From Octopus vulgaris (Eukaryota), in assembly GCA_951406725.2 (NCBI GenBank), contig OX597833.1:60326001-60390000 (forward strand): a DNA stretch of 64,000 bases. The letters run 5' to 3'. Of the stretch, positions 39,512 through 52,419 are shown piece by piece. The translations under genes were made by a program, and so were the position numbers. Below the pieces are notes generated by a model. That model was not told the origin of the DNA, did no database searches, and saw only the letters and a list, made by a program, of their open reading frames with translations. Positions within the stretch are counted from its first letter, which is position 1. Each line of letters starts with the position of its first letter.

Positions 39512-39903
39512 TATATATATATCATCATCATCATCATCATCATTTAGCGTCCGTTTTCCATGCTAGCATGGGTTGGACGGTTCAACTGGGGTCTGGGGAG
39601 CCCGAAGGCTGCACCAGGCCAGTCAGATCTGGCAGTGTTTCTACAGCTGGATGCCCTTCCTAACGCCAACCACTCCGAGAGTGTAGTGGGTGATTTTATG
39701 TGCCACCGACACAGGTGCCAGACGAGGCTGGCGACGGCCACGCTCGGATGGTGTTTTTTTTTTTATGTGCCACCGACACAGGTGCCAGACGAGGCTGGCA
39801 GATGGCCACGCTCGGATGGTGTTTTTATGTGCCACCGACACAGGTGCCAGATGAGGCTGGGCCACGTTCGGATGGTTTTCTTGTGTGCCACCGGCACTGG
39901 TAC

Positions 39904-39956
<53 letters not shown>

Positions 39957-40457
39957 ACGAAGTACCTGTAAGAAACTAGGGCTAAATCTAGTTAAAATAT
40001 AGGCACTAGTGCACCACAACTTCCTACATTTTCTTTCCCTGTAATAAATTCTAATGTTTTCAATGGTTCCGGTATTGAATGAGAAGCCACTGTAATAGCC
40101 ATTAAGTGATCATTTAATATGTTAGAAATAGCAGGTAAATTTCTCTCACGTGATATATATATACATCACGTGATCACGTGACCGATCAGACCATCAGATG
40201 CTGTTACACATTGCTGGTCACAAAATGCGTTCGCATTGTTTTAGCCTTCAAATGACGCCACCCCGCTGGCTAAGCGAGCAGCCCAACAGAAGAAAGAGTG
40301 GTGAAAGAGTACAGCAGGGATCACCACCCCCTGCTGGAGCGTCATGGAGCTTTTAGGTATTTTCGCTCAATAAACACTCACAACACTGGGTCTGGGAATC
40401 GAAACCGCGATCCTGCGACCGCGAGTCCGCTGCCCTAACCACTGGGCCATTGCGCCT

Positions 40458-40490
<33 letters not shown>

Positions 40491-43467
40491 CATACATGCA
40501 TACATCAATCATGATATATGTTAGAAATAGCAGATAATAAAAATTAACTGTGCTATGATTAAAAAAATAACAATATAAGTCAATGAGTATTGCTTTAATC
40601 ATTTTGACAAGTATAGGAGGCAACTCTAGATCAATTTCAGGCTTATTACAACCTTATCAGTAAAGCATGAACTTGACTGCACTAAATGAATAATGAGAGA
40701 ATCATGAAGTAAATGTACAAGATTGTACAGTGGTTGGCATAGAAAAATAGAATTGTTTAGAGAATATTTAACTCGGGAATTCTACTAACAACACAACAAT
40801 AAAGAACTCTAATTAATTTAGTTTCTGGGTGAAGAGAAAAATGGTAATTGTCACTGGAGTAAGGCATTATTTTTCTATATAATCATGTCTCAGCATCACC
40901 ACTAACGCATGGCTGAAAGCAGTCAAATAATGCTGGAATATACCTCATGCTTCCCGAAATCTGTCGAAACTACACCTGATTATATATACACTTTAGATGA
41001 GTTGTAGTGCACCTGAGCACATGGCTAAAAGCAGTCAATTATTATTATTATTATACACCTTCAACCATCAGCAACATTTTAGGTTAAAACAAAGTTAGCA
41101 GAAAATATTTCTCTTTATGACTCAACCACAATATATTACTGGTATTTATTTTAACATCTGTAGAATTACAAAACAGTCACCTCTGGTAGAATATGAACTC
41201 AGTACTGGAAGGAAATTAATTTTGTCTCATTAACAAAAGAGAAAATAAAACAAAATTCTTCAATAGATATACTTTACAGGGTGAACCACATTATATAACA
41301 GGTATGGAGGAGAAAAAGAAGGAAGCTTTTCTTGATTGACTACTAACAATATTTAGAATCAGAACTATAATAAGTGACTAAACTAAGGCAGGTACAAGAA
41401 GGTTGTGAGGCCAAATCCCTCCAGGGCTCAAATGAAGTACCTGTAAGATACTAGGGCTAAATCTAGTTAAAATATATGTGCTCTAGTGCACCACAACTTC
41501 CTACATTTTCTTTCCCTGTAATAAATTCTGTTTTCAATGGTTCCGGTATTGAATGAGAAGCCACTGTAATAGCCATTAAGTGATCATTTAATATGTTAGA
41601 AATAGCAGGTAAATTTCTCTCAAATCATATCCAAACATTATTTTAAAAAATGGACAAATTAGATTATATAGCCCTAGGTAGAGTGTAGGAAAAAAGACAA
41701 CATAATCACAGCTGGGACACCTGTGATCACAGGTCTGTTTCAAATTTGACCTGAGGCTAAGCAACAACAGTAAAGTAACAGCAAAACAGAGATAATGATG
41801 GTTTGAAGACATTTAAGAATCACTAAGAAAACAGAAGAAGAAGAAATGGGAGATGGAGCAGGTTTCCGAGTAAGAAATATAATTACATAGGCTTAACAAA
41901 ATGGCTTAGAGACCATAATTCCCTTGCAAGCACACACACACACTTCTTTATTGAGGTGGTGACCTTCATCACCTAACGAAAGTGGACACCCAGGGACACA
42001 CATATACACATACATAACTGCTACACACCCAATTATACTGTTGCCCCTCTCTCTCTCTCTCTCACACACACACAGTGAATAATCTTCAGAACATCTGATG
42101 GGAAAGCAAACACAAAGGGGAACGGGGTAAGGAGCCAATCTGGCGAAAAGAAGCAAGGGCGGTTAAAACAAACTCGTGTATCAATCCAAGAATTGCTGCA
42201 ACTAGAAGTATCTCAACAAATCAAAATCAATCCATTAACATTTTTAAACGGTTCACTGTCAATACTGACTTCAACATTGATTAGATATTGTTTAGTTTTA
42301 AGTGCTACATCACTGATGTAAGTGCTACATCGAGTGTCTTCAGTCGCTGGAACCATGCCACAAACGTCTGTTGTTAATCCCTCTCCAGATCTGTTTTAGG
42401 TGTAGTTAAAATGGAAGAGTGAACGTTTTTGTTTTGTTTGGGGTCTTTTTTTAACTGCCAGAGTTGAAGCAAAACAGTATGAATGGTGTTAACCACTGTT
42501 ATGTACCAAAACAGACAAAAAAGTTGTGTTGTGTGTGTATACACAAACACACACACATACATACAAACACAAAAGCACATACACAAAAACTTACATGTGT
42601 GTGTATGTGCGTGCGTAAGTCTGTACGTATGTATGTGTGAGAGAGAGAAATAATATTGAGTATGTAGCTGTGTGTGTGTTTACTATGATTAATGATAAGT
42701 ATAGGAACTTGTGACGGATATTAGACACAAGACCAAGTCAGGTGACTTTTCCCTATTATATGACAGATATTTACATAATATACATTACAAAGAGATAGAA
42801 AGAGAGTATGTGTGAAACCAGAAGATGGGAGCTGCAGTAGACATTTCACAAATATTGTGACCCCCTCTTCTAACAGTGGGAGCTGATAATCTGGGACGAT
42901 GTCGAGGCAGCGGAGGGGCATTGAGATAGCGAGTGGCAAATAAGAGGGGCATGAGAGAATTTTACAAGTGGTTGGGTTCACTGTCACGTTATTGTGAAAT
43001 GAGATACTTTTAGGAGGAGTGGTCGTCGGCCGTAAAAATAAAAGGCCGTGTGTATGTATGTATGTGTCTGCGTCTATATAAAGCTACTATTGAACGAAAT
43101 ACGTTTATAGTTGATTGTGTAAATTGTAGAGGGTACCAAAGACATGCAAGAGAATTAGGTGTCGTGGAGTGTAGTGTATGTGTGTGTGTGTGTGGGGGTG
43201 GATTGTTTTCAAGTATTTTGGTTTCTCTGGGAGTCCCTTTTTAAAGTAGAACAAATAGCTAACGTTTTTTTTTTGGGGCTGCTATTTCTAAACTTCGGTA
43301 TGTGGTAAAGCAAATCTTTGCTGAACCCTAATTATTAAGTATTACTAAATATTATTAAGTTTACCATGAAATGGTCCTTTTTTTCATGCCGAATTCTACT
43401 TGGTGAAATTATTGATTACTTCTTAATTAATTAATTTTACTCTTTGTTATTATTGATTATATATACA

Positions 43468-43502
<35 letters not shown>

Positions 43503-43619
43503 CACGTCACGTGACCGACCAGACCATCAGATGTTGTTACACATCGCTGGTCACAATGCGTTCGCATTGTTTTAGCCTTCGAATGACGCCACCCCGCTGG
43601 CTAAGCGAGCAGTGCAAAT

Positions 43620-43679
<60 letters not shown>

Positions 43680-44604
43680 CAACATACACACACAGTAGTA
43701 AGGCGACGGTGCGGTGCATCGTTGCAGCGGCGGTTTCACAAGATATGCGTGGGTGGGCAGATTTTTAGCGACTGCTACAGTTGATTGACGGAGTTCAGAT
43801 ATTTATCTAATAAACATTAATGAACCATAGCTAATATAACAACAACACGTGGAAATGTCCACCTGGTCAATCGACATGCTAAAACTAGCAACCAAATCTC
43901 CCTTGAAGTACGCACCATCGGATTAACACAAGCGAAAACATTGAATAATATAGTTATAGATGCAAGAATTCCTGCAAAAAAAAAGATGGGATGGTCACGA
44001 ATAGAATGACTCTGATCATGGGTTTACTAGGTCGGAGCTGGCCTGGGGTTACAAATAAGCAATGCACACACACACACACAACACACACAATACACACACG
44101 CATCTTTCCCCAAAACACAATTCCAAAATGTATCATATATTTAGGTATAACCCCACTGCCCCTACTTTCCAATTAGTGACCCCGATTTGAATTTTGTTCT
44201 GTAGAACTAATTATTCCCTTTATGCCCATCAATGTTCCCCGCCTCTTCTACATTCTTCCCAACCCTAATAACACCAGCATTACTTGCGAGAAGGAAGTAT
44301 TTTAGATCTGACATTGGTGCAGTGGGCAATAATATAATTAACATTTTATCTCCTCATGTGGTTAAACACGCATATACACTTATGTATGTATGTATGTATG
44401 TGTATATATATATACAAAGATAGATAACTGGTCGTAACTTCGAAGTCAGTGTCAACAACATTCTTGTATAAGAATGAATTTGAACTCTACAAAAGTACAG
44501 AATAACCCATCAGATAAATGTAAATTTGCTTTAATTATAATTGAAAATAAAAATAAACATTCATATATAATAATAATAATAACAACATAATAACAATAAT
44601 AAGG

Positions 44605-44629
44605 CACTATATATATACATATATATGTA

Positions 44630-44689
<60 letters not shown>

Positions 44690-44729
44690 TACATATATGT
44701 ATATATATATATGTATATATATGTTTATA

Positions 44730-44774
<45 letters not shown>

Positions 44775-44841
44775 ATATATATATGTATATATATATATAT
44801 GTTTATATATATATGTATGTATATATATGCGTGTGTGTGTG

Positions 44842-44892
<51 letters not shown>

Positions 44893-45250
44893 ATGTATTT
44901 GTACAGTTCGGAGCTTTCTAGTTTCCGAGCTTTGTATGCCACAGGTCAAGAGATCAAACTTCACTAATGACGGTCTAACTGATATTATATAACATATATA
45001 ACAATGCGAAATACAAGGTCCTGTTTCAGTTCCTAGTGGGAGCAGCACACGAACACATCCAAGTTTAGGAAATCTCAGGGGAAACGTGTATGATTACCAC
45101 ATCTTATTTTCCTTCCCATTATCTTGGCCACCCACCTCTCCTATCTATCGATCTACCTACCTACCTATCTATCTATCTATCTATCTGACACAATAATACC
45201 GGGTTCAAATCCCACATGAGTGTATAATTGATGACGTTGAGGTGGACAAT

Positions 45251-45296
<46 letters not shown>

Positions 45297-45423
45297 TATA
45301 TACACACACATATATATATACACACACACATATATATATACACATATATATATATATACACATATATATATATATACACACATATATATACACACACATA
45401 TATATACACACACACATATATAT

Positions 45424-45472
<49 letters not shown>

Positions 45473-45483
45473 TATATATATAT
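44605..45483. repeat. Compound (TA)n/(TG)n/(CA)n microsatellite blocks
   Basis: Long dinucleotide tracts at 44605-44895 and 45253-45483. Confidence 0.95.
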
Positions 45484-46320
45484 AACGGGTTTTGTTGAAT
45501 TTTCTGCTGCTTTAAATAAAGCATATTACTCTACCACTGGTATTTGAGTACTCTTGTTTTTCCACCCTGTTTCACATCTATGTGTTTACTCCGGTATATA
45601 CATATATATATATGAAGGGTACATGTATTCAAATACATTTTGTTATAGGTATTTGGGGGCGGGTGTCTATATAAAAAAATCTATGTTATGTAAAGTATAT
45701 CGATAAATATATTAATTTAGAACACCATATATGTTATAGAGACAGTGGCGGTGCAATAAACAGGTGTTAATAAGTGTGTGTGTGTGTGTGTGCTAGTTTT
45801 GTCCCCAGATTACATCTGATCGATCAGACCAAACCCAACAGACTCCAATAAAGCTTCGTTCTATAAAGTGACAGGGTGTGACTTGAGACAGATTTGGCTG
45901 CTATTTCTTATATGTCGCGAGACTGTAAAAAATTCTTCTGTTGGTCTCTGTGTAGATGGGTTCAGAAGATACTTATACATTCATACAAATATAATGTAAT
46001 ATAATATGATATAATATAATATAATATACATCTATACTATCTGGGTCCGTACATACACTTCTGGTTGCCAATGATAATCCTTCCTATAAGGACGTCTACT
46101 CCCTTAGAGGTTTTTGATAGCTGAACGGTCCTGACCCACAAGATTACGCTTATGTGTGTGTGTATATATGTGTATATATATATATATATATGACTATGAT
46201 GATCAGAGTAAGAGGTGGGTATGTATGTACGAGGAAAGCGATTAAAATGGGTAATTGAGAAAAGGAAACTGACAATTCAAATTGGAAATTACAAGTATTT
46301 TACTATTCACTCGTCCAAGT

Positions 46321-46355
<35 letters not shown>

Positions 46356-47021
46356 TAAACACAAACAATTATCATGCGGTGTGTAGAATGCATTGGACTT
46401 TCTAACCAAATGAATTGTTGTCAGCCGATGTCGATATCAATAGACACACACACACACACACATATATAACGTTACATTCTGAGTTCAAATTCCGTCGAGG
46501 TCGACTTTGCCTTTCATTCTTTCGGGGGGTCGATAAATTAAGTACCAGTTTCGCACTGGGGGGGTCAAATGTAAATCGACTTAATCCCTATGTCTGTCCT
46601 CTTGTTTGTCCCCTCTACGTTTAGCCCCTTGTGGGCAATAAAGAAAGAAATATATATATATTAAATATGTGTGTGTGTGTATACAGGGAAGAGAGAAAGG
46701 TCTATAATCAATCAGTTGTAGTGTCTCCTCCCTCTACTTCAACCATCCAAGAGTTCGATAGACAAACATAACAAGACATACACAGAGAGTGGGACAGAGT
46801 GAGACAGGGTGAGACATTACACTGGTTTCGTGTTTCCATAGACTGTGTCCCCGTTTATAAACACAAACCACGAAATAAAATGACTGACATCTTTGAATTA
46901 TTCCTTTTGGAAACTAAATTTAGACATGGAGTGACATAAATGGCAGAAGCCGAGCGATACGATGACAGTTAATATATAATACAGAAAATAGAGAGAATGG
47001 AGAACATCGGCTGCTTCTTAC

Positions 47022-47290
47022 CTGTGGTGTGTAATGGAGGTAGTGTGAGGCACGGTGGAAGTAGCAGAGACAGTAATGATGAGTGAAGGTAGTGGGAGGT
47101 GACGTAGAGAGGAGGTAGTTGAGAGAGAGTGTAGGCGAATGAATGCAGTGGGAGGCGGTGTAGAATGAAAGTAGCAGAGTGTAGTGGAGAGTGAAGGTAG
47201 TAAGAGGGAGTGTAGATCTGAAGTAGTAGAGACGGAATGGTAGAGAGTGAAGATAATAGGAGGGGGGAAGATCATGTGAATGACAGAGCA
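47022..47290 (-). other. Candidate non-coding first exon (5'UTR) of ATP6V1A
   Basis: Unique CT-rich segment ending in a strong donor CAG|GTAAGA (47021), directly downstream of a promoter-motif cluster; the ATG exon has an acceptor and needs an upstream exon. The 5' end is uncertain. Confidence 0.55.
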
Positions 47291-47690
47291 TGCGCACTGA
47301 CTACTCTCCAGATCCACGTCGATAAATGTCTCGTGCGACTCGCTTAGTCATGTCTTTTATACAACCAATTTTCTTTCTCTCTCTCTTTCACTCTATCCAA
47401 TTCTCTCTCCCTCTCTCTCTTTCACTCATTCCCAATTCCCTCACTCTCACTCAACATCACATGATAATATTATGGGGGTGGTTGTCATTGCCGTAATATC
47501 TGTCTGAATGTCTTGTGTTCATTATTTTAATTGTTTAGTCTGGAGGAAAGAAGTTTGTTCCCTCCGTCTTAAATACCAGCGACACGGCTGATGGTCTCAA
47601 GGTGATAAATCACCTTGAGATAATATATGTATGAAAAAAATAGGCTGGTCATTACAGGAATGTCTTTGATCAGTAATCACATGAGGCTGA
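47270..47690 (-). promoter_or_regulatory. Putative ATP6V1A promoter with three M-boxes and an NRF1-like site
   Basis: TCATGTGA/TCACATGA at 47272, 47457 and 47677; GCATGCGCA at 47288-47296; local CpG retention. Confidence 0.55.
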
Positions 47691-47696
47691 GAAATA

Positions 47697-48165
47697 ATAA
47701 TCTTGTCTTCTAAGGGCACAAGGCCTGAAATTTGTGGGGTGGGGGTAAGTCGATTACATCACCCCAGTGTTCAACTTGTTGTTATTTCTTCGACCCCTAA
47801 AAAGATGACAGGCAAAAGTCGACTTCAGCGGCATTTGTACTCAAAACTGCCGCCATAATCTTGTCTACTAAGGGTACAAGGCCGGAAATTTGTGGGGTGG
47901 GGGTAAGTCGATTACATCACCCCAGTGTTCAACTTGTAGTTATTTCTTCGACCCCTAAAAAGATGACAGGCAAAATCGACTTCAGCGGCATTTGTGCTCA
48001 AAACTGCCGCCATAATCTTGTCTACTAAGGGTACAAGGCCTGAAATTTGTGGGGTGAGGGTAAGTCGATTACATCACCCCAGTGTTCAACTTGTAGTTAT
48101 TTCTTCGACCCCTAAAAAGATGACAGGCAAAAACGACTTCAGCGGCATTTGTACTCAAAACTGCC
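47697..48165 (-). repeat. Three near-identical tandem copies (157-158 bp) of a partial family C SINE
   Basis: Units start ATAATCTTGTCT at 47697, 47855 and 48012. Confidence 0.9.
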
Positions 48166-49162
48166 GGATTGCTAACGATTCGGTCAAACGCAAAACGCTT
48201 GCTTCTAGTATAATTTCCCTCAACTATATTAATTAATATTCCTAATCATCATTACATAACACATACAACATATACATATATGTGTGTGTGTTGATCACCC
48301 ACTTCTCCGTCCTTTAAATAAAACATATTCCATTGAGGTTCAATAAGACCGAAAGAAGTCTTTTACTATCACCGGTTGCTTTTAAATTCCAGATATTTCA
48401 ATTCTCCATTCTCCTAAAATTGCCAATTATGGTTTATCGGAGTAACCTCCCTTGTTTGAGTTTACGTTTTTAAAATCTCCAATGTCTATATGGGAGTTTT
48501 TAATTCCTAATTGTTTGGATAATCTCGCTTGATTAAAATATTTCGACTCACTAATAAATCATATGCTTGAAACCCTGCTCTGTTTAACCATCCTTTTGTC
48601 CAATGGATAGTTAGAAAGAATATATATCATCATTACTTATTGTCCATGTTCCGTGTTGGAACATATAGACACACACATACATACATACATACATGCATGC
48701 ATGCATACATACATACATACATACATACATACATACATACATACATACATACATACATACATACATACATTAATACATACGTACATACATGTAGCTTGCT
48801 TACGAACCGCATGGTTCCGGGTTCAGCCCCACTGCGTGGCACCTTGGGTAAGTGTCTTCTACTATAGCCTCGGGCTGACCAAAGCCTTGTGAGTGGATTT
48901 GGTAGACGGAAACTGAAAGAAGCCCGTCGTATATCTTTATGTATATATATGTGTGTGTCTGTGTTTGTCCCCCCAACATCGCTTGACAACCGATGCTGGT
49001 GTGTTTACGTTCCCGTAACTTAGCGGTTCGGCAAAAAGAGACCGATAAAATAAGTACTAGGCTTACAAAGAATAAGTCCTGGGGTCGATTTGATCGACTA
49101 TAGGCAGTGCTCCAGCATGGCCACAGTCACATGACTGAAACAAATAAAAGAGTAAAGAGAGT

Positions 49163-49201
<39 letters not shown>

Positions 49202-49208
<7 letters not shown>

Positions 49209-49565
49209 GATGGTTTCTTGCCAATTTAATGTGGAAAGTCCCAGGAAAGGGAAGAATGCTACTGCTATTTAACCCCAGGAAACATCGTTTCCAGTTGCCT
49301 ATGTGATACAAGCGTTCTGTGTCCTTAAGTTTTCAAACAGGGAAGATAAGCACCTCCACTCAGCAAAACCAGCAGCCACAGACTGGTTTCAGAGTCCATT
49401 GCTCTTCATCAGTCTGGAGTAGCTTGGCTTGCTAGCTGTCCATGCTTATTCAATGCTTGTGTCACATAGCCAAGTGGAAACTATGCTTCCTGGGGTTAAA
49501 TAGCAGTAACATTCTTCCCTTTCCTGGGACTGCCACATTAAGTTGGCAACAAACCATCACTTTAT
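49202..49565. mobile_element. Foldback element with ~113-bp inverted arms next to (TA)n
   Basis: 49202-49316 is the reverse complement of 49452-49565, with scattered mismatches. Confidence 0.85.
49366..49430 (-). ncRNA. Minimal type I hammerhead ribozyme motif (intact core, GUC site)
   Basis: Minus strand: CCAGA-CTGATGA-AGAG(CAATGGA)CTCT-GAAA-CCAGTC-TGTGG. Confidence 0.72.
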
Positions 49566-49882
49566 TGTGCTGCTACTGTATAAGTCTTTCTGAGAGATTT
49601 AGAAATGCAATATTTCTAGTATATATATATATATACCTTCGAAACGTAGAGTAGATGAAACCATGGCGACTGAAGAAGGAGTTTTTTCTTTGTGTTAATT
49701 GTCCTGTACTCTATTTTTTTGTTGTTTAAAAAAATGTCCAGTTCCTTGGGTTTGTGTCTATGTTTTCGTTTCTCTTTGTGTTCGACGTCCCTTTGGTGTC
49801 CTGTACTCATATATGCGTGTATATGTACATGTAGAGGTAGGTACGTACATGTATGTTTATATATATGCATATGTTTTATTTA

Positions 49883-49916
<34 letters not shown>

Positions 49917-49931
49917 TATATATATACACAG

Positions 49932-49978
<47 letters not shown>

Positions 49979-50761
49979 CACACACACATATCGCTGGTCA
50001 CAATGCGCTTTGCATTGTTTTAGCCTTCAAATAACGCCACCCTGCTGGCTAAGTGAGCAGGCCAACAGAAGAAAGAGTAAGAGTAAGTTGTCGCCACCAC
50101 CCCCTGCCAGAGCCTCGTGGAGCTTTAGGTGTTTTTCCTCAATAAACACTAACAATGCTCAGTCTGGAAATTGAAACCATGATCCTACAACCGCAAGTCC
50201 ACTGCCCTAACCACTGGGCCATTACGCCTCCATATATATATATATTCTTTCTTTCTTTTATTCTTTTACTTGTTTCAGTCATTTGACTGCGGCCATGCTG
50301 GAGCACCGCCTTTAATCGAGCAACTCGACCCTGGGACTTATTCTTTTGTAAGCCCAGTACTTAGTCTATCGGTCTCTTCTGCCGAACTGCTAAGTAACGG
50401 GGACATAAACACACCAGCATCGGTTGTCAAGCAATGCTAGGGGGACAAACACAGACACACAAACACACACACGCATACATATATATACATATATATGACG
50501 GGCTTCTTTCAGTTTCCGTCTACCAAATCCACTCACAAGGCTTTGGTTGGCCCGAGGCTATAGTAGAAGACACTTGCCTAAGGTGCCACGCAGTGGGACT
50601 GAACAAGGAACCATGTGGCTGGTAAACAAGCTACTTACCACACAGCCACTCCTGCACCTATATATATATATATTTATATATATATATACACACACACATA
50701 TATATACACAACCCTATGCCAGCATGGAATGCAAACACGAAGTGTTGTTGATAATGATGAT

Positions 50762-50836
<75 letters not shown>

Positions 50837-51270
50837 ATAAATTTTCATCATCATCATCATTTAAGTCTGGCTTCCATGATAGCATGGGTTGGGTAGTTCA
50901 ACAGGATCTGACAAACTGGAAGACTATGCCAGCTCCAGCATCTGCTATTGACAGGGTTTCTACAGTCGAATATCCTTCCTAATGCCAACCATTTTACAGA
51001 GTACTCTGGATGCTTTTCACATACCATCAACAACATAAGTGAAGTCACCAAGTAACTTGCAAGACAAGTGGCTTTGTATGAATGGGGTTGTAGCGATGAA
51101 AGCTGATTTTATGAAAAGTGTTCAGAGGCTAAAATATGATAGACCAGTGCTCTGCAACTGGTCTGCCACAAGACGATGCTAGGTGTTCTGCAAGGTAACC
51201 TGAATATAACTTTTCCCTCTATACTTTTAGTTATGCTTTTAGTTCAGGCCGTGCTGCTCAATTTTGAAAA

Positions 51271-51342
51271 GTGGTGGTGGTGGTGGCGGTGGCGGTGGTG
51301 GTGGTGTTGGTGGCGGCAGTGGTGGTGGTTGTATGTATGTTG

Positions 51343-51374
<32 letters not shown>

Positions 51375-51460
51375 GGTGGTGGCGGCGGCGGCGGCGGTGG
51401 CAGTGGTGGTGGTTGTATGTATGTTGTTGGTGGTGGTGGTGGTTGTGGCGGTGGTGGTTG
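51271..51460. repeat. (GGT)n/(GGC)n/(GTT)n trinucleotide low-complexity tract with internal duplication
   Basis: The block GGCAGTGGTGGTGGTTGTATGTATGTTGTTG occurs twice. Confidence 0.9.
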
Positions 51461-52305
51461 ATTAACCCTTGAACAACCCCATTTGAGTAGGACTGAAACC
51501 AAAGGTATGCCAGCCATGGCCATCCCATCGGTTGTCTATGTACAGAAAGCCCCAGAACTACATCATTAAATCTGTCCAGAGTGGAGGAATTGAGATGAGT
51601 TGGGGGAAATGATCTGAAGGAGATTTAATGGTAAAGTGCCCTTGGTTGACTGACGATGTCAAAGTGTTTGCTGGGGCCATAAGAACTTTCCAATGAAACA
51701 GTTAACGAAGTAGCAAGGACAAACAAAGAGATTCTGGGTTCAAACTCAACAAACATACCTATTTTTTACTACCCACAAGGGGCTAAACACAGAGGGGACA
51801 AACAAGGACAGACAAACGGATTAAGTCGATTACATCGACCCCAGTGCGTAACTGGTACTTATTTAATCGACCCCGAAAGGATGAAAGGTGAAGTCGACCT
51901 CGGCAGAATTTGAACTCAGAATGTAGCAGCAGATGAAATACCATTAAGCACTTTGCCCGGCGTGCTAACGTTTCTGCCAGGTCACCACCTTAACAAACTC
52001 AACAAACATACCATTTCGTGAAAAACAAAACAACAAAGAAAGGAAAAACAAAGAATCTTGAAAGCAAAGAACTTTCTATTGTTATCAATGATTAGTCTTA
52101 GAATTGGTAACAGAATGGTGTTAATGGAACAGATTGCTAAAGAAAGCTAAGTGACTGATCAGAAGTAACATATTTGCTCCTATCTTTAGTTTAATTTACT
52201 GATTATATTTACAAAGGAATTCTCTTATAGGAATGTAACCTGAAAATGAAACAAAGGAATTTAATACACATGCACTCATGTATATCTATCTATCTATCTA
52301 CTTAC

Positions 52306-52380
<75 letters not shown>

Positions 52381-52419
52381 CCTATCTACCTATCTACACA
52401 CACACATATATATATATAT

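Noticed and set aside
43703-43728. GC-rich hairpin GCGACGGTGC-GGT-GCATCGTTGC
   Set aside because: Short stem with two G.T pairs, no Helitron CTRR end or RNA-family motif; cannot be assigned.
44452-45547. Many YI/HT-repeat ORFs
   Set aside because: Translations of (TA)n/(CA)n microsatellites.
49636-49682. CCTTC-GAAACGTA...CTGAAGA-AGG as a permuted (type II) hammerhead
   Set aside because: Stem I does not pair and the stem II closing pair is mismatched; at best a truncated fragment.
51176-51528. Poly-Pro/poly-Gly/poly-His ORFs suggesting a formin- or extensin-like exon
   Set aside because: Trinucleotide low-complexity tract that is open in several frames, with no convincing splice sites or partner exons.
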